Assembly: GCA_035501935.1 (NCBI GenBank)
Contig: DATJVC010000025.1
Location: 8,905-72,904, forward strand
From: Gammaproteobacteria bacterium
GTDB taxonomy: Bacteria; Pseudomonadota; Gammaproteobacteria; JAJPIJ01
Length of the DNA: 64,000 nt
Direction: 5' to 3'
Made by a program: the position numbers and the translations under genes. Within the stretch, counting starts at the first letter, position 1; every line of letters starts with the position of its first letter. The notes below the pieces were generated by a model, which ran no database searches, was not told the DNA's origin, and worked only from the letters and a program-made list of their open reading frames with translations. Positions 26,771 to 35,740 of this stretch are shown here, in pieces.

Positions 26771-27757
26771 TCAGGCACGTAGCGTATCGAATGCCATGAC
26801 TTCGTCCAGGCGATGGCGGTGGGCGGCGATCATGACCAGTCTGTCAAAACCCAGGGCCACACCGGAACAGGCAGGTAATCCATGTTCCAATGCCGCCAGC
26901 AGACGTTCATCAACGGGCATCACGGCAAGACGCCGTGCCTGGCGCGCGTTGTTATCGTCTTCGAAACGTCGGCGCTGCTCTCCGGCATCGCGCAATTCTT
27001 CGAAGCCGCTGGCTATTTCGATACCGTTGATGAAGAGTTCAAACCGCGCCGCCACGGGCGGGTCTTCGTCGGGAATGATGCGAGCGAGCGCCGCCTGGCT
27101 CGCGGGGAAGTGGCAAAGAAACAACGGCCGGTCCTTGCCCAATTTCGGTCCAACCACCCAGCTCAATACCCAGTCCAGGCAATCATCGCGTCCCCACTCA
27201 TCAACGATTGCCGTGCCTGACCCCAAACGCTGCACTGTCCTTCGCAACTCGTCGTCATGAACGGCCAGCGGGTCGAATCCCGCATGTTCCTTGAAGGCGG
27301 TGGCGTAGGTCGTGCGATCGCAGTAGTCCGTTCGCAGCAACCATGTCAGCAGGTCTTCGATTTCCCCCATAAGGTCGTGCATGTCAAAGCCCGGCCGGTA
27401 CCATTCAAGCAACGTAAATTCCGGATTGTGCAATCCGCCCGATTCGCCGTTGCGGAAGGCCTTCGTAATTTGATAGATGGGGCCGGCGCCCGCCGCCAGT
27501 AATCGCTTCATGGCATATTCCGGTGAAGTTTGCAGACAAAGCCCCGTGGGCGTGGATTGCCCCGGCAGCACGCATTCCGCGCGCAGGTTTTCCAGATGCG
27601 GATCTGTGACTCCGGCCGCTGCAAGCAGTGGTGTTTCCACCTCCATCACCTGCCGGTCGGAGAAAAAGGCACGGACGCGTTCCAACAATCCAGCGCGCAA
27701 CTTGAGCACGTCCAGCGACGCGCCGGGCCGCCAATCGGATGGGGTTGCCGGGCCCAC
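26771..27757 (-). CDS. epmA: EF-P--(R)-beta-lysine ligase EpmA (PoxA/GenX)
   Basis: Class II aaRS-like motifs (FELFINGIEIASGFEEL, GVALGFDRLVM). GTG start 17 nt after the efp stop. Confidence 0.8.
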   Translation of the reverse strand: MGPATPSDWRPGASLDVLKLRAGLLERVRAFFSDRQVMEVETPLLAAAGVTDPHLENLRAECVLPGQSTPTGLCLQTSPEYAMKRLLAAGAGPIYQITKAFRNGESGGLHNPEFTLLEWYRPGFDMHDLMGEIEDLLTWLLRTDYCDRTTYATAFKEHAGFDPLAVHDDELRRTVQRLGSGTAIVDEWGRDDCLDWVLSWVVGPKLGKDRPLFLCHFPASQAALARIIPDEDPPVAARFELFINGIEIASGFEELRDAGEQRRRFEDDNNARQARRLAVMPVDERLLAALEHGLPACSGVALGFDRLVMIAAHRHRLDEVMAFDTLRA

Positions 27758-27773
27758 GCAAGCCGCCGCGCGG

Positions 27774-28343
27774 CTATTCCTTGACGCGTGAGGAATATTG
27801 ACCGGTGCGGGTATCAATACGGATTATTTCGTTGTTATTGATGAAGAGCGGCACCTTGACCATGGCGCCGGTCTCCAGTTTGGCGGGCTTGGAACCGCCG
27901 GTCACCGTGTCGCCACGCACGCCTGGATCCGTTTCCACGATCTTCAGGTTCACGAACGCCGGCGGCTGTATGGTCAGCGGTACGCCGTTCCACAACGTGA
28001 CGATACAAGTCTCCTCGCCCTTCAACCACTGCGCCGCGTCAGTCATCGCCGTGCGGCTGGCGGCAATCTGCTCGAAGTTCTGTGGGTTCATGAAGTGCCA
28101 GAATTCGCCGTCACTGTAAAGATACTGCAATTCCACGTCCACGACATCGGCGCCCTCGCAGGTGTCTCCTGATTTGAAGGTGCGCTCCAGCATGCGGCCG
28201 GTCTTGAGATTGCGCAGTTTGACGCGATTGAACGCCTGTCCCTTGCCGGGTTTGACGTATTCGTTTTCCAGGACGTTATAGGGATCGCCGTCGATCATCA
28301 GCTTCAATCCGGCCTTGAATTCGTTGGTGCTGTAGGTGGTCAT
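27774..28343 (-). CDS. efp: Elongation factor P
   Basis: Near-colinear with E. coli EF-P, including the KPGKGQAF loop that is beta-lysylated at Lys34. Confidence 0.9.
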   Translation of the reverse strand: MTTYSTNEFKAGLKLMIDGDPYNVLENEYVKPGKGQAFNRVKLRNLKTGRMLERTFKSGDTCEGADVVDVELQYLYSDGEFWHFMNPQNFEQIAASRTAMTDAAQWLKGEETCIVTLWNGVPLTIQPPAFVNLKIVETDPGVRGDTVTGGSKPAKLETGAMVKVPLFINNNEIIRIDTRTGQYSSRVKE

Positions 28344-28380
28344 GTCGTCTTCCAGGTGAAAATGGGTTAAAAAGACGCGC

Positions 28381-29397
28381 ATGATAACCCAAGCCGCCGT
28401 TTCGTTTCAGCCTCCATCTCAGTCCGCGTGGCAAAAAGCGCTTGCCGAAGCCATTTCCAGCCCCTTGGAGCTGCTGCAACTGCTGGAAATCGATCCCGCG
28501 GTCGCAGGGTTCAGATTGTCCGCGGATATCCGATTCAGACAACGCGTGCCGCGTGGTTTCGCCGCGCGCATGCGCAAAGGTGACCCGCTTGATCCCCTGC
28601 TGCTCCAGGTATTGCCCCTGGCCGAGGAGGATGCGGAAATTCCCGGATTCCTTGTCGATCCGGTGGGTGATCTCAAGGCCGAGACCGTGCCCGGGATGCT
28701 GCACAAATACCACGGCCGCGCGCTCATCGTCATCACCGGCGCCTGCGCCATCCATTGCCGCTATTGCTTCCGCAGACACTTTCCCTACGGGGACTCCAAC
28801 CCTTCCGCTGATCACTGGCGGCGCGTACTGGAGTATCTGCGCGGCGATGGCTCCATTACCGAGGTGATTCTGAGCGGTGGTGACCCGTTGTCGCTGCCCG
28901 ATGCCCGACTCGCGGACCTGGCGCAGGCACTGGCCGAGATTCCCCACCTGAAACGGCTGCGCGTGCACACCCGCCTGCCGGTGGTGCTGCCTGAACGTGT
29001 CGTCGATTCATTGCTGGCGTGGCTTGTCGGCACACGCTTGCACCCGGTCATGGTCATACATGCCAATCACGCCAATGAAATCGATGATGCCGTCCGTGCC
29101 GGACTGCGGCTGTTGCGTGACGCCAGAGTACCCCTTTTGAATCAGTCCGTGCTGCTCAAGAACATCAACGATAGCGTTGAGGCGTTGTGCGATTTGAACG
29201 AGGCGCTGTTTGAGGCTGATGTGCTGCCCTATTATCTGCATCTGCTCGATCCCGTACAGGGCTCCGCCCATTTCAATATCGACGATGCGGCTGCCCACAG
29301 GCTGCTCGATGCCATGCGCGCCCGGCTTCCCGGTTATCTCGTGCCGCGGCTGGTACGCGAAATTGCCGGTTTACCCTATAAACTTCTCTTCAAATAG
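28381..29397 (+). CDS. epmB: EF-P beta-lysylation protein EpmB (lysine 2,3-aminomutase-like radical SAM)
   Basis: [11 protein letters not shown] radical-SAM cysteine motif. Divergent from efp. Confidence 0.85.
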   Translation: MITQAAVSFQPPSQSAWQKALAEAISSPLELLQLLEIDPAVAGFRLSADIRFRQRVPRGFAARMRKGDPLDPLLLQVLPLAEEDAEIPGFLVDPVGDLKAETVPGMLHKYHGRALIVITGACAIHCRYCFRRHFPYGDSNPSADHWRRVLEYLRGDGSITEVILSGGDPLSLPDARLADLAQALAEIPHLKRLRVHTRLPVVLPERVVDSLLAWLVGTRLHPVMVIHANHANEIDDAVRAGLRLLRDARVPLLNQSVLLKNINDSVEALCDLNEALFEADVLPYYLHLLDPVQGSAHFNIDDAAAHRLLDAMRARLPGYLVPRLVREIAGLPYKLLFK

Positions 29398-29429
29398 CCA
29401 GAAACGGCCGAGTGAACCAGGGGGGACCC

Positions 29430-30485
29430 ATGCCTTATCAATACAACCGGAAGCATGCCAGCCTGATCGATGCCGCCATTGAACGGTGGCAGGCGGAGGG
29501 ACTGCTGGAGACGGAAACCGCCGCGCGGCTCAAGGCCAGTTACCAGGCGGTGCCGTTTGATTGGGGACGGTTGGCCAAATACGCCTTCTGGGCGGCGTTG
29601 GCATGCACACTCATCGCCGTGGGGTCGGTATTCAGCGATCGCCTGCTCATGGAACTGCTGGCCCAGCTTTTCAATGCACCGGAATCCGTAAAGGCGCTGT
29701 TTTTCACGGTGCTGGCGGCCATGTTTTATTCCTGGGGATCACAGCGCCGCCAGCGCATGCCCGGAAAACGCTATTCCAATGAAGCGGTGTTTTTTCTCGG
29801 CATCGTCTCCACCGCGGCCGCCGTGGCCTTCCTGGGCCGTGCGCTGGATACCGGCAGTGGACACTACTCACTGCTGCTGGCACTTGCCGCCGTCGTGTAT
29901 GGCGTGCTGGGACTATGGTTTCCTTCCGGTCTGGTGTGGGTCTTCGCACTGCTGTCGCTGGGCAGCTGGTTCGGCGCCGAAACCGGCTATATGTCAGGCT
30001 GGGGCGCCTATTATCTGGGCATGAATTACCCGCTGCGCTTCGTGGCCTTCGGCATCGCCCTCATCGCCGCCGGCACCGCCTTCGGCGGCTGGCCGGCGCG
30101 GCGCGCATTTTTGCGCCCGACCCGCGCGATGGGCCTGCTATACCTGTTCATTGCGCTCTGGATCATGTCCATTTTCGGAAATTACGGCGACATCAATGTC
30201 TGGTACCACGTCAAGCAGATCGAATTATTTCACTGGTCGCTGCTCTTTGCGATCGCAAGCGGCGCCGCGATCTGGCATGGGTTGAAGTATGACGACGGCA
30301 TGACCCGCGGTTTTGGCCTTGTGTTTCTGTTCATCAATCTCTACACGCGGTTTTTTGAGTATTTCTGGAACAGCTTGCACAAGGCGGTATTTTTTGCCTT
30401 GCTGGCCGCAAGCCTTTGGTACATCGGCAGCCACGTGGAGCGTATTTGGAGTCTCGGCCGCGCGCCCGTTCCTGAGCGGGCCTAG
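29430..30485 (+). CDS. Polytopic integral membrane protein of unknown function, with 8 or more TM helices
   Basis: G-rich SD. Multiple hydrophobic helices. No catalytic motif recognised. Confidence 0.5.
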   Translation: MPYQYNRKHASLIDAAIERWQAEGLLETETAARLKASYQAVPFDWGRLAKYAFWAALACTLIAVGSVFSDRLLMELLAQLFNAPESVKALFFTVLAAMFYSWGSQRRQRMPGKRYSNEAVFFLGIVSTAAAVAFLGRALDTGSGHYSLLLALAAVVYGVLGLWFPSGLVWVFALLSLGSWFGAETGYMSGWGAYYLGMNYPLRFVAFGIALIAAGTAFGGWPARRAFLRPTRAMGLLYLFIALWIMSIFGNYGDINVWYHVKQIELFHWSLLFAIASGAAIWHGLKYDDGMTRGFGLVFLFINLYTRFFEYFWNSLHKAVFFALLAASLWYIGSHVERIWSLGRAPVPERA

Positions 30486-30486
30486 C

Positions 30487-31113
30487 TCAGGAAGATGAGA
30501 TTTCAGCGGGAGGCCGCTGCTCCGCGTTGATGTAATCGGCGAAACGGCGGTAATCGTCGCGGCCCAGCCACCAAACACGGAAGCGGCCCAGTCTCATGTA
30601 TTCCTGAAAGCGGCGATCGACCAGGCCGTCGCCCGCCAATTGCGACGCCGCCCAGCGCCCGACACGAGGCGCCACGGATTTGATCAAAGCCAGCTGTGTC
30701 GCGCCGAGGCGCGCCGCAAGCCACGCGGCAAGACTGTCGGAACTGGTTCCCCAATCACAATGTATGTCTGTTGCATCATTCGCCATCGACGCGGGCATCC
30801 ATACGGGCACTTCGCGCTGGTCGAGGATATTGCGCAATTCCTTGTCCTGGGACGCAGGCTGCAGACCGGGTTGCAGGCGGACGAGCTCGCGGCCGTATTG
30901 CTCCATGGCCAGCAGCGCCATGCCATGCGCGGTGGCATCGTCGAATCCCGTCTGCTTTTGCGCCGCGCGCACCTTATCGGCGAACGGCCCGCCGCCGGGC
31001 ACGACGACCAGGCGTCCGCCGCCCGTCAGTGCCAACGCATGCAGCCAGCGCCTTAATTCCGGCGCATCATGCAGGCTGCCGCCGACCTTCACCACCCACA
31101 GATCAAACGGCAT
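30487..31113 (-). CDS. Amino acid kinase-family protein (aspartate/glutamate/uridylate kinase fold; small, MfnE-like)
   Basis: VVKVGGSL P-loop-like N-terminus and VVVPGGGPF. 208 aa. Confidence 0.6.
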   Translation of the reverse strand: MPFDLWVVKVGGSLHDAPELRRWLHALALTGGGRLVVVPGGGPFADKVRAAQKQTGFDDATAHGMALLAMEQYGRELVRLQPGLQPASQDKELRNILDQREVPVWMPASMANDATDIHCDWGTSSDSLAAWLAARLGATQLALIKSVAPRVGRWAASQLAGDGLVDRRFQEYMRLGRFRVWWLGRDDYRRFADYINAEQRPPAEISSS

Positions 31114-32497
31114 CCTGGGTCTCGGTGTTCATGAACAGCCTGATCATGCCCGCCGCTTTATCCAGACTTTCCTGGTATTCCGCTTCCATCAGCGAATCCA
31201 TGACGATGCCGCCACCCGCCCAGGCATGCATGAAACCATCGTGGCAGACCAGCGTGCGGATGGCGATATTGGTGTCCATGCCACCGTCGAAGCCAATGTA
31301 TCCGATGGCGCCGCAATAGACGCTGCGGCGATGCGGCTCCAGTTCCTCGATGATTTCCATGGCGCGGAGCTTGGGCGCACCGGTGATGGAACCGCCGGGA
31401 AAACAGCCCCGCAGCAGATCGACTGGATGTCGTCCTTCTGCCAGCTCGCCCCGCACAGTGCTGACCAGATGGTGCACGGTGGCGAAACTCTCGACTGCGA
31501 ACAGGTTCGGCACGCTGACTGAACCGGTGCGGCAGTTCTTGCCGAGATCATTGCGCAGCAGATCCACAATCATGACGTTCTCGGCGCGGTCCTTGAGGCT
31601 GTTGCGCAACTCCTCCATCATTTGTTGATCGCGCAAGGGATCGGCGGATCGCGGCCTAGTGCCCTTGATCGGCTTGGTTTCGACCACGCCGTTTCTCACA
31701 TTAAGAAAACGCTCCGGAGACGAGCTCAACACCTCACCGCCGGGCACGCGTAAAAATGCAGAATACGGCGCCGGATTCAACTGCCGGAGATACCGGTAGG
31801 CATCCCATGGATCACCCTGGGCACGCGCGCTGAAACGCATGGCGAGGTTCACCTGGTAACAATCACCGTCGCGCAGATAACGCTTGATGCGTTCGAAGCG
31901 CTCCGCATATTGCGCATGGCTGAGATTCGGCTTGACCGCCGACAATACGCGGAACTGGGGACGAAACGCCACGGGCGTCGGGGGTGGCTCGGCCACCTCC
32001 AGCAGGCGCAGCCATTCGTCATCCAGCCTGTTGTCTTCGGCACGGCTGATGAAATACGCGCGTTTACCGAGATGATCGATCACCACACAACGCTCATAAA
32101 AACCAATCGCCATGTCCGGCAAGTCTATGTCGTGAATGGCGATGTCAGGCAGATGCTCCACGCGCCGCCCCAGGTCGTAGGCGAAATACCCCATCGCACC
32201 GCCGGTGAACGGCAGTTCCGGATGGCCCGGCAGCGTTTCGCCCAGATGCTGTTTCAGAAGTGCAAAGGGATCCGCGTCGGAAACCTTCGTCTTTCCATCG
32301 GAACAGATTTCAGTCTCATGGCCGCGCGTGATCAGCGTAAGGCGGGGCTCGGCCGCAAAAATATCGAATCTGCCCTGCCTCTGACACAGGCGGTCGCTGT
32401 CCAACAGTACGCACCACGGCCGGCCAGCGAAGGCGTCAAAGCGGGCGGCGCTGTCCTCATGGTAGGACAGCTCCACTATGCGCGGGACATTCAGCAC
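31103..32497 (-). CDS. pabB: Chorismate-utilising enzyme, aminodeoxychorismate synthase component I-like (PabB/TrpE family)
   Basis: C-terminal chorismate-binding motifs SPERF..., GAPK..AMEII..E, GYIG.DG..D. GTG start overlapping the upstream stop. Confidence 0.75.
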   Translation of the reverse strand: MLNVPRIVELSYHEDSAARFDAFAGRPWCVLLDSDRLCQRQGRFDIFAAEPRLTLITRGHETEICSDGKTKVSDADPFALLKQHLGETLPGHPELPFTGGAMGYFAYDLGRRVEHLPDIAIHDIDLPDMAIGFYERCVVIDHLGKRAYFISRAEDNRLDDEWLRLLEVAEPPPTPVAFRPQFRVLSAVKPNLSHAQYAERFERIKRYLRDGDCYQVNLAMRFSARAQGDPWDAYRYLRQLNPAPYSAFLRVPGGEVLSSSPERFLNVRNGVVETKPIKGTRPRSADPLRDQQMMEELRNSLKDRAENVMIVDLLRNDLGKNCRTGSVSVPNLFAVESFATVHHLVSTVRGELAEGRHPVDLLRGCFPGGSITGAPKLRAMEIIEELEPHRRSVYCGAIGYIGFDGGMDTNIAIRTLVCHDGFMHAWAGGGIVMDSLMEAEYQESLDKAAGMIRLFMNTETQDAV

Positions 32498-33534
32498 GAT
32501 GCCTGTCTCAGCATGGCCAGTGCCACGGCGGGTGCGCAAACGGCCGCATGAACGCGCCACCGGCGCGGTATGTCCATCAATTCAGCGTAATCGATATAGG
32601 TATGACCCATCCGGCGCGCCAGTCGTTTGGCAATGAAGCGACCCACACCGGCGCCGACCACCGGCAGCTTGGAAAGTCTGGAAGACTGTGACATCACCCG
32701 TTTCATTTCACGCGCGATGTCATCCTGCTGGATTCCGGCGATGTGGCGCGCCACCCGCCGCCAGTCTTTCATTGAAGCATTGCGCAGGTCGCATCCCAGC
32801 ATGCGCGCCAGGCGACGGGCGCAGTCGCGCGGGTTTTTGCCGCGGCGATCCGCGGTTTCATCTCCGTCATAACGCAGATCGCCGGTCAGCCGGTAGACAT
32901 CAGCCATACCGGCAAAGTGTTCAGCCGCCAGACCCTGCCATGCACCATGAAATCGCACCCGCCGCGCCACCGCCATGATCGGTGTGCGGGCCACGCCGGT
33001 GTATACCAGTTCACCGGTGCGCAAACGGCCGGCGTCCGTCAACCCCCGCGCCGCCACCCGGCCGTTGCGGATGGGAATGATGTCGGTGGTGGTGCTGCCT
33101 ATATCGACCAGCAGTGCCTGCGGCATAATCTTCGCCACCGATGCCGCCGTCGCATGCCAGTTCGCCGATGCGACTTCAGCATGGGCGCGCCGCGCGTTCC
33201 TCGCATCGCACAAACCCCGGTGCAATGAATACACCTGCATGCGCTTTGCATCAATGTGCTGGACGACCATCCGCAGCAGAGTTTGCACGCCCTCTCCGCG
33301 ATCGGCAAACACATCGGCCAGCTCGCCGGTCATGGTGAGGCCATGCAGGCCCCCCCTCAATCGCCAGCGCTGGCAAAGCCGCGACAGCAGACTGTCGAGT
33401 TCATGCAGCCCCCGCCATAAACGACAGGGATATTGCCCGACATGAAGCAATCGGCCCTGCGTGTCCGCGACCGCAAGCTTCAAATGCGCCCCGCCGATGT
33501 CCCAACCTGCGAAGCAGGTTACAGATTCATGCAT
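32491..33534 (-). CDS. Hydantoinase/oxoprolinase N-terminal-like protein (ASKHA fold), of the kind annotated as H4MPT-linked C1-pathway proteins
   Basis: DIGGAHLKLAV and VDIGSTTTDIIPI actin-like ATPase phosphate motifs. 347 aa. Confidence 0.5.
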   Translation of the reverse strand: MHESVTCFAGWDIGGAHLKLAVADTQGRLLHVGQYPCRLWRGLHELDSLLSRLCQRWRLRGGLHGLTMTGELADVFADRGEGVQTLLRMVVQHIDAKRMQVYSLHRGLCDARNARRAHAEVASANWHATAASVAKIMPQALLVDIGSTTTDIIPIRNGRVAARGLTDAGRLRTGELVYTGVARTPIMAVARRVRFHGAWQGLAAEHFAGMADVYRLTGDLRYDGDETADRRGKNPRDCARRLARMLGCDLRNASMKDWRRVARHIAGIQQDDIAREMKRVMSQSSRLSKLPVVGAGVGRFIAKRLARRMGHTYIDYAELMDIPRRWRVHAAVCAPAVALAMLRQASC

Positions 33535-34528
33535 GATGGGGCACCTCCACCCTCACCGTACGGGCCCCCAGCGTACGGGTCGTCGTCGCCTTCCGTTCCA
33601 GGCATGCGTCCAGGATCAATTGTGCGGTATTGATGCCAAGGGAATCGCTCATGGCCACATAACTGGTGGTCAGGCGGGGATTGATTTCCAGCACGACCGG
33701 GCCCGCAACAGTCTCAATGTAATCGACGCCTACGAAACCGCGCAAACCCGGAATGAGGTTCATCAGCAAATCGGCGAGTCCCTGCATGATCGGCCTCTGC
33801 TGCGGACGGGCGTTGACCAACGTGCCGGTTTGTCTCAACTCCATCCCTTCGTGAATCTGTATTTGCTCATTGACCGCCAGCACCCCGGCGTGTCCACGAC
33901 TGCAGAGCAGTGCCAGACTCATCGCCCTGCCCTGCACGTAAGGTTGCATCACCCATGCGCGTCCCTCGTCCGCCGGCCGCCACTCCGAAAGCGCCTCGGC
34001 GTCTTCAAAGAAAAATGTATCTTCGCTGCCGGCCCCATCGTCCGGCTTTACCACGTATCCCCGCCCGCTTTCCGGAAGACGCTGTCCAAGATACACGGTC
34101 TCCGGCACCGCCACGCCGTGGGACGCCAGCGCCCGTATGGTGGCGATCTTGCTTGCCGCCACGGCCACCGCCGCCGATGTACACCCCAACAACAGCCTGC
34201 CCGCATCTTCGACCATGCGATTGAACCGCTCCAGCACGCCGCCGGTTTCGGGTGCGATGATCAATGCCGCGTCCGCCGCTGATATGCATCGCCGCCACAA
34301 ATCCCAGGGTTCGACCCGCACGTTGAGAATCTCCACCTTCTGATCCAACGCCGGCATTCTTGGGTCGCGGGTCACCGTGATTCTGCAGTCGTTCAACGCG
34401 CAAAAATCGCCGAGTGCCGCGCGCAATATCGCGTCGCCTTCGCTGGCAAGTGCGGGCGGCAGGGATTGGCCCGCAAGCCCCCCTCCCGTGATGAATTCAC
34501 ATAGGAATATTTTCACAGGTCGCGGCAT
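33527..34528 (-). CDS. ATP-grasp domain ligase
   Basis: ATP-grasp B/C-domain motifs (YVVKPDDGAGSED, VLEINPR). Overlaps the downstream start by 8 nt. Confidence 0.6.
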   Translation of the reverse strand: MPRPVKIFLCEFITGGGLAGQSLPPALASEGDAILRAALGDFCALNDCRITVTRDPRMPALDQKVEILNVRVEPWDLWRRCISAADAALIIAPETGGVLERFNRMVEDAGRLLLGCTSAAVAVAASKIATIRALASHGVAVPETVYLGQRLPESGRGYVVKPDDGAGSEDTFFFEDAEALSEWRPADEGRAWVMQPYVQGRAMSLALLCSRGHAGVLAVNEQIQIHEGMELRQTGTLVNARPQQRPIMQGLADLLMNLIPGLRGFVGVDYIETVAGPVVLEINPRLTTSYVAMSDSLGINTAQLILDACLERKATTTRTLGARTVRVEVPHHA

Positions 34529-34671
34529 CACCTCAGGAGTGTCGCATTATGGCGCTCGAGGCCGGACTCGACCGCTTCGTCCGGAACGAAACGGCGCGCA
34601 AGCCCCGCACGGGTCCGTCTCGGGGAAGAGACGAACAACCGCACGGATACAGTCACCACCATCGCTCCAGT

Positions 34672-34758
34672 TGGTGCCCAGGGCCGGACTCGAACCGGCA
34701 CGGGGTTTCCCCCAAGGGATTTTAAGTCCCTTGCGTCTACCTGTTCCGCCACCCGGGC
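34672..34758 (-). tRNA. tRNA-Leu (anticodon TAA)
   Basis: Cloverleaf with a long variable arm, 7-nt loop CUUAAAA, CCA end. Confidence 0.85.
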
Positions 34759-34801
34759 TGACACGTACTGGCAAATTATAGGTGATCGTTGATGCAGAAA
34801 G

Positions 34802-34875
34802 TGGAGGCTGGAGTCGGAATCGAACCGGCGTACACGGATTTGCAGTCCGCTGCATGACCACTCTGCCATCCAGCC
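34802..34875 (-). tRNA. tRNA-Cys (anticodon GCA)
   Basis: Cloverleaf, loop CUGCAAA, CCA end. Confidence 0.85.
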
Positions 34876-34931
34876 TTGATAAATGTCGGGTGCCCGCCAG
34901 GCGCACCCCCGAAGCACACCGATTAAAAAAG

Positions 34932-34953
34932 AAAACCCCGATGCCGGGGTTTT
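34932..34953. terminator. Palindromic hairpin aaaaccccgatgccggggtttt between tRNA-Gly and tRNA-Cys (bidirectional terminator-like)
   Basis: GC stem flanked by an A-run and a T-run. Confidence 0.4.
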
Positions 34954-34965
34954 CTTGGGTCAATC

Positions 34966-35041
<76 letters not shown>

Positions 35042-35126
35042 GTGCGTCAGGTCGTATTGTTCACAGCCCCGGCGGAGGTGTCAAGGGCGGATCCAGTGCA
35101 AGGCATATAAAACAACCTCCTGCCGC

Positions 35127-35711
35127 TCAATTCGCTTTTAACTTTGTTTTTTCATTTTTCCCGCCAGCGCGTAATTGCGGCCAGGCGGCCACTAAATAGA
35201 CGAACATCGACCAGAGCGTGAGCAACGCGGCAAGATAAAGCAATCGCAGACCGAGTGCATAGGTATCGATCCCGCCAACCGGGACCCGGTAGAGCATCAG
35301 GATCAGCGCCAGCATTTGCAGGGTGGTCTTGACCTTGCCGAGCACCGAAACCGCCACGCGCCGCCGCGCACCCAGTTCCGCCATCCATTCCCGCAGTGCC
35401 GAGACCGCAATCTCGCGGCCGATGATAACCGCGGTCAGCAGTGCCAGCAGCACGGTCGGATCCTGTTGCAACAAAAGCACCAGCACGACCGCGACCATGA
35501 TCTTGTCGGCGACCGGGTCGAGGAATTCGCCCAGCAGTGAGGTTTGTTTCAGCCGGCGCGCCAGATAACCATCCAGCCAGTCGGTGATCGCTGCGAAGAA
35601 GAAAATCAACGCGGCAGCGGCGTGCGAGCCGCGAAAGGGCAGATAAAACACCACCACGAACACCGGGATCAAAAACAGCCGCAGCAGCGTCAGCGTATTG
35701 GGGAGGTTCAT
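35127..35711 (-). CDS. pgsA: CDP-diacylglycerol--glycerol-3-phosphate 3-phosphatidyltransferase
   Basis: CDP-alcohol phosphatidyltransferase motif DGYLAR...GEFLDPVADK. uvrC-pgsA-tRNA synteny as in E. coli. Confidence 0.85.
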   Translation of the reverse strand: MNLPNTLTLLRLFLIPVFVVVFYLPFRGSHAAAALIFFFAAITDWLDGYLARRLKQTSLLGEFLDPVADKIMVAVVLVLLLQQDPTVLLALLTAVIIGREIAVSALREWMAELGARRRVAVSVLGKVKTTLQMLALILMLYRVPVGGIDTYALGLRLLYLAALLTLWSMFVYLVAAWPQLRAGGKNEKTKLKAN

Positions 35712-35740
35712 GTGGTGCGCGGCTTATCGCGGCACGGGCA

